From contig JAGSHN010000006.1 in NCBI GenBank assembly GCA_029855935.1, positions 1 through 39,942 on the forward strand: a stretch of DNA of 39,942 nucleotides, read 5' to 3'. Origin of the DNA: Candidatus Thorarchaeota archaeon. Lineage in GTDB: Archaea > Asgardarchaeota > Thorarchaeia > Thorarchaeales > Thorarchaeaceae. Shown one piece after another: positions 28,316 to 37,783 of this stretch; position 1 is the first letter of the stretch, and each line of letters opens with the position of its first letter. The notes under the pieces were generated by a model. The model did no database searches. It was not told the DNA's origin and saw only the letters and a list, made by a program, of their open reading frames with translations. The translations under genes and the position numbers were made by a program.

Positions 28316-30478
28316 CTACAGGTCAAACACAAGCCTCTGGGAAGGCGCAGGGATCAACACGCCATCCGGAGCCCCTTGAGCCGGCGTGTGCACCATTATC
28401 TTCTTTGCCGTACAGGAGCGGATGAACTCTCCCAATCTTGATGAGGAGGAGTGGGCGCTGAGTCGGGCGTACTCGACGCGACAGAGATGTGGCTCAAAGC
28501 CATATAGCAGGTTCCAGCCTGGCGTACGCGGAGCAAGGTACCCGCACAGGATGACAGCCGCCTCGGGATTCTCGCGATGCTCCTCGAAATGCTGTTTTGC
28601 TGGTCCCCCGTTGAGCATCCCCCCGCCAGAGACAAGTATGTCCTCCCTCTCCAGCACAACCTTGTTCTTCTTTATCCCCTCCCAGGCGCCACTGAAGCCA
28701 GTCATCTTCGTGACCTTCTCCGCAAGGCCTGCGACGATTATGTTCCTCTCGGAAGAGGCACCAATCTGGTCCAGGATGGTCAGCATCTCCTGCGAGCGCC
28801 CGACAGCGAATGCTGGGATTATGATCGGACCGTAGTTATTGACTATGTCAGTGACCTGTCCGTAGACACGGACCCTGTCGAAGTCCTCGCGTCCCCAGTA
28901 CGTTCCGTCAAAGATGATGACATCAGTGTCTGTCGGCAGTGCCGCCCCAGGGAGGATTGCCGACGGATCGAGATTGAAGTCGCCAGTATACAGGATCCTG
29001 AAGCCCTCGACGTCTATGACGTACGCCACCGAGCCGGGCACGTGGCTGGCATCTATCGGTGTGACGACAATGCCTCCTCCCACCTCACTGCTCTTGCCGA
29101 CCTCAAGCTTCACGTGGTTCTTGATGACAGTGTCGATGTTCTTCTTCGTAAAGCGGGATATCAGGTCTCTCCTGTCGGATCTGCGCGGCGGACTGGGTGT
29201 GCCGACCGCGAGGGCATCCTCCAGCAGCATCTTCGTTATGGCCGCTGTCAGGCCGGTCGAGCACCATCTGCCATCATACTTGTCGTATAAGATGGGAAGC
29301 CCACCGACGTGGTCAAGATGAGCGTGCGAGATGAGGACAGAGTCGACCATGTCGACCTCGGGCTCCCAGCTGGGAATCTGCTGGTTCGCCACAGACAGCC
29401 CGAAGTCCAGAAGCACGCCCCCACAATCGGTCTTGATGATAATGCCGCTGTGACCAATCCTGGGCCCTCCAATGAAGAGTATCTCCACCCTCTTGGGTGC
29501 AGTGGAGTAGACAATGGCGGGCATCAGCTGCACGCGCATCTTGTCTGGTATCATCTCGAAGACGACGGGGTCAATCGCCTCCGGTGCTGGTGGCTGAGGA
29601 AGGTCCTGCAGTCTCACCGGGAGCACGTGACCGTCGTGTGACTTGAAGTCCTCACGGTCGTAGAGATCTCTGACCGCGTCAACCGCCGCCTCGATCGTCA
29701 TACCGGGAGACAGGACATCCTGCGCCTGCTGGGCCATCTGCTCTCTGAATATCCCGAGTATCTCTCTTGAGATCGCGTCCGGAAGCCACTCTCGCGTCAG
29801 GCTGCGGACCTGCTGGTAGGTGCGCCCCTGGAGCGCTTCCTCCAGATATGCTGTGTGTCTCTTCAGCACTGCCACGAACCGCAGGTCCTCATCAGCGAGA
29901 CAGGAGCTGATGTCAACCCCCATCTCCTCGCAGGGCTCCGCAAGATCCTCCGGCGACCACAGCGGAGCGCCAAGGAATTCAATCCATTCTCTCACGCGAG
30001 AGAGCAGCGCACGGCCAGTCAGACCGTCGGCGACTCCAAGCAGGATGACGGCGCGCCTGAGCCAGGTGTCCACGGCAGCACGCGGTAATGACGAATTCAG
30101 GGTGAGCCTGTAGGCGTGGCGCATCTCCTCGTCGGTGAACTCGCCCAGCAGAAAGCCGTAGACGATTAGCGAGGCGCCATCGATGTACGTCTTCGTTGTT
30201 AGCCCGGACAGAATACCACGGAGTAGACGGACATGCGCATCCTCGGCAACGACCTCCTCGGCGCCCTCAGGCATCTCGCCGTGCTGAGCGAACTTCAGAA
30301 TGGCGTAGGGCAGTACCACTCCAGACTCGCCCAGCAGACCAGTCTCCCCCTCGACAGCCTTGCCAGCTGACAGCCGCTCGGCGTCGGCAACAGCCTGTCG
30401 GAAGCGTTCTGCAACCAGTTCCGAGGAAATTCTGTCCGCAAAGACCATCGTGTCGACAGTCACGGAGTCGTCCGTCAT
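28316..30478 (-). CDS. Beta-CASP metallo-beta-lactamase ribonuclease with an uncharacterised N-terminal extension of about 330 aa
   Basis: LLDFG, HAHLDH, SHVPGS, YTGDF, FDGTY, AFAVGRSQE, LSAHS and MVHT motifs in the C-terminal half. Confidence 0.85.
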   Translation of the reverse strand: MTDDSVTVDTMVFADRISSELVAERFRQAVADAERLSAGKAVEGETGLLGESGVVLPYAILKFAQHGEMPEGAEEVVAEDAHVRLLRGILSGLTTKTYIDGASLIVYGFLLGEFTDEEMRHAYRLTLNSSLPRAAVDTWLRRAVILLGVADGLTGRALLSRVREWIEFLGAPLWSPEDLAEPCEEMGVDISSCLADEDLRFVAVLKRHTAYLEEALQGRTYQQVRSLTREWLPDAISREILGIFREQMAQQAQDVLSPGMTIEAAVDAVRDLYDREDFKSHDGHVLPVRLQDLPQPPAPEAIDPVVFEMIPDKMRVQLMPAIVYSTAPKRVEILFIGGPRIGHSGIIIKTDCGGVLLDFGLSVANQQIPSWEPEVDMVDSVLISHAHLDHVGGLPILYDKYDGRWCSTGLTAAITKMLLEDALAVGTPSPPRRSDRRDLISRFTKKNIDTVIKNHVKLEVGKSSEVGGGIVVTPIDASHVPGSVAYVIDVEGFRILYTGDFNLDPSAILPGAALPTDTDVIIFDGTYWGREDFDRVRVYGQVTDIVNNYGPIIIPAFAVGRSQEMLTILDQIGASSERNIIVAGLAEKVTKMTGFSGAWEGIKKNKVVLEREDILVSGGGMLNGGPAKQHFEEHRENPEAAVILCGYLAPRTPGWNLLYGFEPHLCRVEYARLSAHSSSSRLGEFIRSCTAKKIMVHTPAQGAPDGVLIPAPSQRLVFDL

Positions 30479-31590
30479 CGCCTCCTCACCTCTCTGCTCT
30501 TCTCTACGTTCGCCTTGCCTCCACCGCGTCTGTCGCGGTCGGTGACAATTCTGAATAGTCCCTGCCTACTATCGCGAAGCGACACGTGCCTCGTGACCAA
30601 GCCCTCAGAGATGAGCTTTGACAGTGCGTGCCGCACAGTGCGAGCAGGGAGCTTTGTCTCATTGACAATCTCCCTCTGTGTCATCACATCGTGATACTCC
30701 AGCACCTTGAGAACCAGTTTCGCACTCGGCGGGAGCGCACGTGCAGCTCCCGAATGCGCACGGACCTTTCTCTGCAGTCGTCCTCTGAGAGCAGCCACGC
30801 GTTCCTCCGCAAACTTCACAAAGACAGCATCGTGAGGGGAGCGCCTGACGATGATGGGGCCGCCGTCAGCCCCTACCCGTCGTTGACCGTCGAGCACTAT
30901 GTCTATGCCGACGGAGCTGCTCAGTTCGCGCAGCTCTACTGTCATGTCATCAGGCAACACAAGGGGTCTGCGCGCAGGGTTGGTGCTGTTGACAGGGATG
31001 ACAGTCAGGGCGTGAGTGGAGCCTAGGAGAACAGGGCCACCGACGCTCATCGAGTAGGCAGTACTACCGGTAGGCGTTGAGACTATCACGCCGTCGCTAC
31101 TGTCCCGCCAGAACTCCTCACCGTCAATGACGAGTGTGTAGTGCATTAGTGTTGCACTGCGTCGAGGAAAGATTGCGGCCTCGTTGAGGAGCGGAGGTGT
31201 CGTCCGCCGTGTCCCCACTCTGACGACTATCCTTGTGTGCCGCTCCTCGGTCCAGTCGTGATTCAACAGATCCGAGACTACCAGGTCGAAGTTGCGGACA
31301 TGGACATCGAAGAGGTATCCCTCCTGATCGACAGACGCCACTGGCAGCACTGCGACCTCTCTGCTGCCAAGGTCGAGAAGCGTGCGTAACAGTGTCCTGT
31401 CAGAACCAACAATTATGATGACATCGATATTCGCCTTCCGAAGACTGGATCCCTCTTCCTCACGACCGAGCAGTCGCGCCACGGCAGTATCGAGAACGAC
31501 CTCTGCATTCGCCTCCTCAAGGGCGCCTATGACCTCGAGTAGGTCACTGGTGGCGTTCTCGGTCGTGTCAGCAGTGATGCCCAGTCTCAT
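30475..31590 (-). CDS. NAD kinase-like domain fused to a C-terminal winged HTH
   Basis: NE motif and DGVIVSTPTGSTAYSMSVGGP are present. GGDG appears as GSDR. The tail LPPSAKLVLKVL...TQREIVNETKLPARTVRHALSKL is an HTH. 4-nt ATGA overlap with the RNase gene. Confidence 0.85.
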   Translation of the reverse strand: MRLGITADTTENATSDLLEVIGALEEANAEVVLDTAVARLLGREEEGSSLRKANIDVIIIVGSDRTLLRTLLDLGSREVAVLPVASVDQEGYLFDVHVRNFDLVVSDLLNHDWTEERHTRIVVRVGTRRTTPPLLNEAAIFPRRSATLMHYTLVIDGEEFWRDSSDGVIVSTPTGSTAYSMSVGGPVLLGSTHALTVIPVNSTNPARRPLVLPDDMTVELRELSSSVGIDIVLDGQRRVGADGGPIIVRRSPHDAVFVKFAEERVAALRGRLQRKVRAHSGAARALPPSAKLVLKVLEYHDVMTQREIVNETKLPARTVRHALSKLISEGLVTRHVSLRDSRQGLFRIVTDRDRRGGGKANVEKSREVRRR

Positions 31591-31757
31591 AGCCCGTCAA
31601 TCCGTTCTGCCTGGAATCCCTGTGTCAACACCACCCCTCTTAAATCTAGACGACCAGAACACGGCAATTGTTGCCGCGCCCCTCAGCACTCCGCCTTTCT
31701 TGCCTGTAGAGACTTCGTTATAACTGCAGGTTGAGTGCCGCGTCGGGGTGCAGTAAG

Positions 31758-32726
31758 ATGCCACAGGAGGAACTCAGCGACCTTCAGCGGCAGGTCCTCG
31801 AGCTGAAGCGACAGCGCAATGCGCTGATCCTCGCACACAACTACCAGCGATATGAGGTCCAGCAGATAGCGGACTTCGTTGGCGACTCTCTTCAGCTGGC
31901 TCGCAAGTCGGCAGAGGTCTCGGGCTTTGATATGATAGTCTTTGCCGGCGTGAAGTTCATGGCCGAGATGACTGCCATCCTCGCTGAGGGGACTCCCGTC
32001 TACATTCCATCGAGGGAGGCACTCTGCCCGCTGGCCGGCTGGATCGGTCCCGCAAAGGTGCGAGCCGCAAAGGAGAGACATCCCGGCGCCCCTGTCGTGG
32101 TGTACGTCAACACCACGGCCGCGACAAAGGCAGAATGCGACGCGATCTGTACATCTAGCAACGCGGTTGAGGTCGTGGAATCTCTTGGCGCCGAGACAGT
32201 GCTCTTCGGTCCGGACAAGAATCTTGCAGAGTACGTGCGCAGACAGACGGGTGTCAAGGTCATCGACATCGAACCGCTCGGCCACTGCTACGTCCACCAG
32301 CAGTTCAAGCTGGAGCACATTGAGAGGATGCGGGCACTTCACCCTGATGCCATAGTGATTGCTCATCCTGAGTGTCCGCCGGAGGTACAGGGTGCAGCGG
32401 ACATAATCGGGTCGACGGGCAAGATGGTCAAGATAGTCGCTGAGCCGCCTGAGAAGAAGTTCATAATCGCCACCGAGGTGGGCCTCGTAGAGCAATTGCA
32501 ACACGCCCATCCGGACAAGGTCATTCTACCCGCGTACGAGGGCGCCGTCTGCCGCCAGATGAAGAAGACTACGCTTGAGGGGATACTGCGCGTCCTCAGG
32601 GACCTTCCGCCAGAGAATCTCGTGACCGTGCCGGACGAGGTCAAAGATCGTGTACGCGAGGTCATTAATGCAATGAACGCTCTTCACTCCGCGGCAGAGT
32701 CCGCAGTCGTTGCTGCCGGAAAATAG
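31758..32726 (+). CDS. nadA: Quinolinate synthase A
   Basis: ILAHNYQ, GDSLQL, GVKFMAE, YVNT, CTSSNA, GPDKNL and AHPEC. Fe-S cysteines in ALCPLA, HCYVH and AVCRQM. TTATAA box at about 31718. Confidence 0.96.
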   Translation: MPQEELSDLQRQVLELKRQRNALILAHNYQRYEVQQIADFVGDSLQLARKSAEVSGFDMIVFAGVKFMAEMTAILAEGTPVYIPSREALCPLAGWIGPAKVRAAKERHPGAPVVVYVNTTAATKAECDAICTSSNAVEVVESLGAETVLFGPDKNLAEYVRRQTGVKVIDIEPLGHCYVHQQFKLEHIERMRALHPDAIVIAHPECPPEVQGAADIIGSTGKMVKIVAEPPEKKFIIATEVGLVEQLQHAHPDKVILPAYEGAVCRQMKKTTLEGILRVLRDLPPENLVTVPDEVKDRVREVINAMNALHSAAESAVVAAGK

Positions 32727-32736
32727 ACGAACTGCA

Positions 32737-33393
32737 TCATCGCACTGGCTCGATCAGCGCAGGAATTGCTGAGAGTTGCTTCACCACGATGCCTCTGTGA
32801 CCCGCCCTCCTGAAGTCCTCCTCCGTGAACATTCCCTCAAAAGCAATGAATCTGCAGTAGCCCTTTGCCCTCTCGTAGTCCCTCAGAGAGTCGCCAACAA
32901 AGATGACGTCACCGAGGGGGATTCGATGTCTGTCCCTCACATAGTTGAAGTGGTCAGCACCCTTCTCAAAGCCCGGTTCATAGCCCATTATGTCATCGAA
33001 CAGAGGGACCATATTACGTCGTCGGAAGTACTCCACAATCGTCGGACGGAATGTGGAGGATGACACGAAGAGTCTGATGCCCATCTCCCGGAGTTCGACC
33101 ACGGTCCTCACCGTGTCGGGAAACAACTCCTGATCATATATCCGCTCGACCTTCAGCCTCTCGAACTCGGCGACCGCCCTCTCGTTGAGCGGATTACCGG
33201 GAAAGTTGATCTCAATCTGCTGTTCAAAGGGCAGCCCCGTCGTCATCCGGTAGCGGTCAACGGCCTCACGGTAGTCAATTCCGTAGTACTTCATCATTAC
33301 TTTGACACCGAGTCGCTCGAGAAAGGGCATACTGTTTGCCAGGGTGCCGTCGAAGTCGAATATTATGGCCTTGCATTGAATCTTGCTGTCCAT
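32737..33393 (-). CDS. HAD-superfamily hydrolase (phosphatase)
   Basis: Motif I FDFDGTL, motif II SSS, Lys in FEKG, motif IV VGDSLRD. Confidence 0.9.
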   Translation of the reverse strand: MDSKIQCKAIIFDFDGTLANSMPFLERLGVKVMMKYYGIDYREAVDRYRMTTGLPFEQQIEINFPGNPLNERAVAEFERLKVERIYDQELFPDTVRTVVELREMGIRLFVSSSTFRPTIVEYFRRRNMVPLFDDIMGYEPGFEKGADHFNYVRDRHRIPLGDVIFVGDSLRDYERAKGYCRFIAFEGMFTEEDFRRAGHRGIVVKQLSAIPALIEPVR

Positions 33394-33470
33394 CAGACCT
33401 ACCCTTCTTCTCGTATCGTCCACGTCACTGGTGAGGCCACTCGCTCACTCACGCACGGCTTAAGAGGATT

Positions 33471-33596
33471 TCTCCTGCGACAGATGGAACAGCTTGGCGT
33501 CTTGCACTGTCGAACTGCAATGGGAACACTCTGAGGAAGAGGGCCCGTGGACCGTGGCGCAAGAAGACGAATCGCCACGGGGGCTATCGCAGGAGA
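33471..33596 (-). other. Nested inverted-repeat / multi-stem structured intergenic element
   Basis: Outer 13-bp stem 33471-33483 with 33584-33596, which has one G-U pair on the minus strand. Inner perfect 8-bp stem 33552-33559 with 33573-33580. Confidence 0.45.
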
Positions 33597-33622
33597 GAAC
33601 TTGGCGATACTGATTGCAGATG

Positions 33623-33826
33623 TCATATCGGCTCAGGAGGAGGACTCTCCGAGTCCAGCTCCTCGATACGACGCAAGATGTTTCTCTCCTGTTCCCTGAA
33701 CTCGCTCTCCTTAATCCTGCCACGCATGTATTCGAACCTCAGGTCACTGAGGGCCTTGACAAGTCGTTCCCGTTCCCTGTCCCTCTCGTTCCGCCGACCA
33801 CCGCCCTTTCGTCGTAGTAATGGCAT
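33623..33826 (-). CDS. Small charged helical protein (SHOCT/GvpG-like motif)
   Basis: LSDLRFEYMRGRIKESEFREQERNIL pattern. GGTGAG SD before ATG 33826. Confidence 0.6.
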   Translation of the reverse strand: MPLLRRKGGGRRNERDRERERLVKALSDLRFEYMRGRIKESEFREQERNILRRIEELDSESPPPEPI

Positions 33827-34679
33827 ATGTCTCACCCAATGGAACAGCGGTTCATCCATCACCAACTCGAACAATAAGCATTTCGCAAGACAAGGGCCCA
33901 TATGGAAACGACCAGTGGGTGCTAGGAATGCTCCATCCGCGTTCAGACACCCCTCAACACTGAATCACAGCATTCACTTGTGTCGTCCACCAAGCACAAC
34001 AGTGAGTTCCGACGTCGTCGAAACGTCTACAGGGGAAGTCTCAAGACTCACATGGTCTAGGCCAGTCCATCCCACTCGGTCGGTTCTGGCGCCGCGCACT
34101 ACTCGCCCCCACCAGTCTCATTCGGATCCTAGACGACACGGACGTCGTAGATCTCACGTACGCCAGCCGTGCAAGGAGCGACCCTCCGAAACGACCACGT
34201 ATCCAGTGGGTCGCGAACGTGTTGTCACACCCCGCCATCGGATACGACAACATAGAGGCCCCTCTGGCGAACTCACTCGCAGAGAAGTCCTCCCAGGCAC
34301 ACACGATTCCAAGAACACATTCCCTCTGTGAACAACAGATGCGGCTGGTTTCAATGTCAGAGCAGCCTCCCAAGTCACTGGCCACGTGATACCTTCTACT
34401 CCAAAGAGATAGTTCGTGAATGCCCAAGCAGATATTCCCGTATTTCTCTCAGTCGACATTTTCTGCAATTGCTGTACGTCTTCAACGGGCATCATTCCAC
34501 GAACAATACAAGAACTATCTCATATCTAGTGAACCCGCGCTCGATTTCTCAAAGTACATCAGTGATAGAGCCAAGACAAGCACGCTGTGCTAGACATCTG
34601 GTGAGCTGGAGATTGGTTTCTCACGGTTCTCGTGTCTGATGCGATTCGATTGCATGCCTCAACATCTGCGATAGATATC

Positions 34680-34946
34680 CTATCCCACCACAACTATCAA
34701 CGGAGTCGACAAGAAGCCCAGGAATAGTGTAGACAGTAGACTATCTGGTATCATTAATGTTCTAATCATGCTCGCTCCGAGCCCGATTGCCTCTGACAGT
34801 ACTATGGACCATGGTGCTGTTTCAAAGAATCGTCTTCCAATTCCGTAGAACCCGCTCCCATAGCCGAATAGCAGCCAATAGAAGAATGGAAGTAGTACGC
34901 AGAATACCCAAACGTACACAAGCGGATCAAACGGATACTGTTGCAT
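34680..34946 (-). pseudogene. Small membrane protein, probably truncated or decayed
   Basis: Hydrophobic 88-aa ORF ending right after a TM (VVVG-TAG). Downstream DNA to about 34.0 kb has stops in all frames. Confidence 0.4.
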
Positions 34947-35114
34947 CACGTGAACGTATCTCCCGAGCGATTCTCGCGGTCCAGAGTCACCAGGGCGCCA
35001 TCGGTTAAGCACCGGCCTCAGGGTGACCGCCTTGGCGTGTAGACCGAAAACTGACGGAGTACGTAGCGACACTGCTCTCGCAACAGACTATGTGAGATGG
35101 TCTTGTATGTCTTG

Positions 35115-35681
35115 TCATTCTCTCACGGTCTCTCGCGCCTCTAGGTCTGAATACTCTGCCTCCAGCATATGTACGATTGTCCTTGCCTGAGCTCCCAACT
35201 CGTCCTCACGGTCTAGCAGCGACTGCAATACCTCCTCTGCTGTGTCATTGTGTCTACGAGCGGCAAGAAACATACTCTCAAGATGGTCGGTGAACACCTC
35301 CGTGTCCACGCCGCGGCCCTTCTCGTACGCGGCGACAATCGGGCTCACGGCGAATCTGTAGAAGGTGTTCCTGTATCCCTTCCCTATATGAACAAGTAGA
35401 ACATTCAGTATCACGAGAACGCCAGCCGCACCAAGAGTATGCAGAAACAAAGGAGCCCGCTGGAACATATGGTCAAGAAGATACTGGCCAAGATATCCGA
35501 CAACGAAACCCAGATTCATAGGTAGAGCAACAAGAGTGAGATAGGAGCGGAGGTGGCTACCACACAGGACCTGCCGCAGACGACCAGCATGTCTAGTTGT
35601 GTATTCATCACCCCAGAAGACATAGAGGTATCCAGCACCGAACCATCCTGCTATCAGAATCGCCAGCGGCAAGAAGATCAC
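35115..35681 (-). CDS. 3-TM partner ('immunity-like') protein A with a helical C-terminal domain
   Basis: GTG start overlaps the upstream stop (GTGA). The C-terminus HLE...AEEVLQSLLDREDELGA resembles that of 37261..37782. Confidence 0.65.
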   Translation of the reverse strand: MIFLPLAILIAGWFGAGYLYVFWGDEYTTRHAGRLRQVLCGSHLRSYLTLVALPMNLGFVVGYLGQYLLDHMFQRAPLFLHTLGAAGVLVILNVLLVHIGKGYRNTFYRFAVSPIVAAYEKGRGVDTEVFTDHLESMFLAARRHNDTAEEVLQSLLDREDELGAQARTIVHMLEAEYSDLEARETVRE

Positions 35682-36508
35682 TGTTGTGCCTCCATATACT
35701 CTGTGATTGAGACCTCAAGATAGTGTATCCACACAAGCCACATAGAAACCGCGACAAAAAAGTTGAACGCCACACTGACAATTCCCCAGAGAAGTCGGGA
35801 ACGGTAATTCTCTCTGAATGCATCAAACAAGTTCGAAACGTGCCATAGAATTGGTGTTATGAGTGCAAACAGACCAAGTACTATTGAGCTTGACAGGGCC
35901 AGCGACAACCACATTCCCAGCAGTCCGACGACGAAACTGGCAGTAACTGTGCCTGCTTCATAGGCCATTAGAAGTGCCATCAACCAGTGACTTGAGAGTG
36001 CCAAATAGCCGACCATGATCGCCAGTTTTGTAGCAGGTTCAACGCTCATTGTTATGTAGGCGTCTACTACGCCCAGACTACCTGGCAATATGACACCCGA
36101 CCAGTAGAGAGTATTTTGAACAAAACCCTCAACAGCAGTCGCCTCGGCCACATATGCAGCCCACGAGAGTTTCTGTGCCTCTGTCATCTGATCGTCCACC
36201 AGCGTGTCAATCTCGCACTCCTCGATTCGAAAAGCAAACAGTAGGTCGACCGAAATGTGCAGAATAGCAGTGCCACCTGCGGGAGTAGTAGCTGTCAACA
36301 AGAGATGAGTGCGAGGCCACCAGCCCTCCCACTATGTCACAATCTGCTGAAGCAAGGTCTGAATACTATCCAAGATTGACTGGACAGTTGGCGAAGGTTC
36401 GACCTCTACATAGTATCCGTCAACACTTCTGTCATAGGTCACTAGCTCATCCGGGTCCTGCGCGTTCGGGTCGTGTCTGTGCAGGTCTGCGACGACTCTG
36501 ATGTCATG
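35678..36508 (-). pseudogene. Start-less variable membrane-protein cassette A, with an in-frame TAG at 36332-36334
   Basis: The frame reads HDIRVVADLHRHDPNAQDPDELVTYDRSVDG...QQIVT*WEGWWPRTHLL and continues into the 207-aa ORF. No in-frame ATG lies between the box and the upstream TGA. Confidence 0.65.
36445..36508. repeat. 64-bp homology box, copy 1
   Basis: 57/64 identical to 39373-39436 by manual alignment. Confidence 0.9.
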
Positions 36509-36584
36509 CGATTGGCATACTTGCGAGGCCGTACGCGAAACATCGGTAGTCCTGAATCACCACGAACTGTCGCCCTGACAAGAT

Positions 36585-37169
36585 CTACCATATGGCGGCA
36601 AACAGGGCGACAAGAAGCGTAGCGGCCACAAGCACTATCAACACAAGTACAAAGGGCCCTGACGTGTTGGCTCGGCCTTGAGGTGCACCGGCCATTTCTC
36701 TCCCTGGGGGCGGGCTCTGGTCCCCGGGCTGGTGTGATGCTCTGGCACCACCGGGAGGTTGTCGCCGGGGAGGTTCCATCTCTGAACCTCTTCGCCATCT
36801 TCGATATGGGCTTGAATAGTACGTCCAGGCCATGAGACCAAATGCCGCTGCAAGATACGAGACGATACCACAGATGATACTGTCGGTCGCGAATGCTGGA
36901 TTCTCTTCGAACAAACGGTGGCCAAGGAGTACAGGATTGAGCAGCGCCCAGAAGATAATCGAGGCAATGCACACTATGGTGTTGAATGTAGAACAGTACA
37001 ACTCGTCCAGATAGCGAATGTCAGGACTACTCTGGTCGAACGAGAAGGCTGGTCTGAACTTCTTCCTCGAACTGAGAAAGCGAGCGAGTAACACCCCTCC
37101 AAGGAAAGAGAGAGCCCAGAGCATCACCGCATAGGCCTGAAACATAGGGTCCTCAAAGATCAACGCCAT
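36585..37169 (-). CDS. 4-TM membrane protein with a Pro/Gly-rich loop
   Basis: Four hydrophobic segments. The start Met (37169) is uncertain. Confidence 0.6.
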   Translation of the reverse strand: MALIFEDPMFQAYAVMLWALSFLGGVLLARFLSSRKKFRPAFSFDQSSPDIRYLDELYCSTFNTIVCIASIIFWALLNPVLLGHRLFEENPAFATDSIICGIVSYLAAAFGLMAWTYYSSPYRRWRRGSEMEPPRRQPPGGARASHQPGDQSPPPGREMAGAPQGRANTSGPFVLVLIVLVAATLLVALFAAIW

Positions 37170-37260
37170 CCAGTCATCGCCCCACACCATGCCTCTAGAC
37201 AGCATATCACTGTATTCAGTCCTGACCATGTCAGATTCAAGTGAGTGAGTCCAGCGATCA

Positions 37261-37782
37261 TCAGAGCAAGTCGTGCTCACTGAGAACTCGATGCACGGTT
37301 GCGCCCAACGAGTCTCCTCTCATCGCCAACTCCCGAAGCACAGAGAGAGCCCTTCGTGAGGAGTCCCTCTCAGGGTCACTCTGGATCTTCACGACTAGAG
37401 CCTCTAGATGTGCTCTTGGGTCTTCGGCCTCCTTGAGGTCTTGCAGGAGCCAGCGGCGTAGCAACCACGTGTCATCAGTCCTCATGCGCATCCATCGTAC
37501 CACGTTTGCGGCAAATGTAACACCTCCCGCGCCCCACGAGAGCAAAGTGATGACTGGATGTATGTATGCCTGGGTCAATTGAATCACTAGGTCTATCAGA
37601 GCTCCATAGAATATGCAGAAAGTAGTCAAATGCAGAAGAAGGCCCACCCAGAATGAAGAAAAGAGTCTAGTGCCAAGCCGCTGAGCAATCGAATGAAAAT
37701 GTTTCTGACTACTCGAAAAGTCGAGCAGAAGAACAATGATCCAAACAGTTCCAGACAGAAGAACAAACTCGATGATCTCCAT
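37261..37782 (-). CDS. 3-TM partner ('immunity-like') protein C, paralog of 35115..35681
   Basis: Three TMs, then HLEALV...ALSVLRELAMRGDSLGA. ATG lies 1 nt after the upstream TAA. Confidence 0.65.
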   Translation of the reverse strand: MEIIEFVLLSGTVWIIVLLLDFSSSQKHFHSIAQRLGTRLFSSFWVGLLLHLTTFCIFYGALIDLVIQLTQAYIHPVITLLSWGAGGVTFAANVVRWMRMRTDDTWLLRRWLLQDLKEAEDPRAHLEALVVKIQSDPERDSSRRALSVLRELAMRGDSLGATVHRVLSEHDLL

Positions 37783-37783
37783 A

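Noticed and set aside
33399-33723. Cys-rich small ORFs as zinc-finger proteins
   Set aside because: They overlap neighbouring genes and the structured element, Cys spacing is unconvincing, and the composition is atypical.
33623-33826. Gas vesicle gene gvpG
   Set aside because: Only a generic SHOCT-like helix pair matches, and no other gvp genes are nearby.
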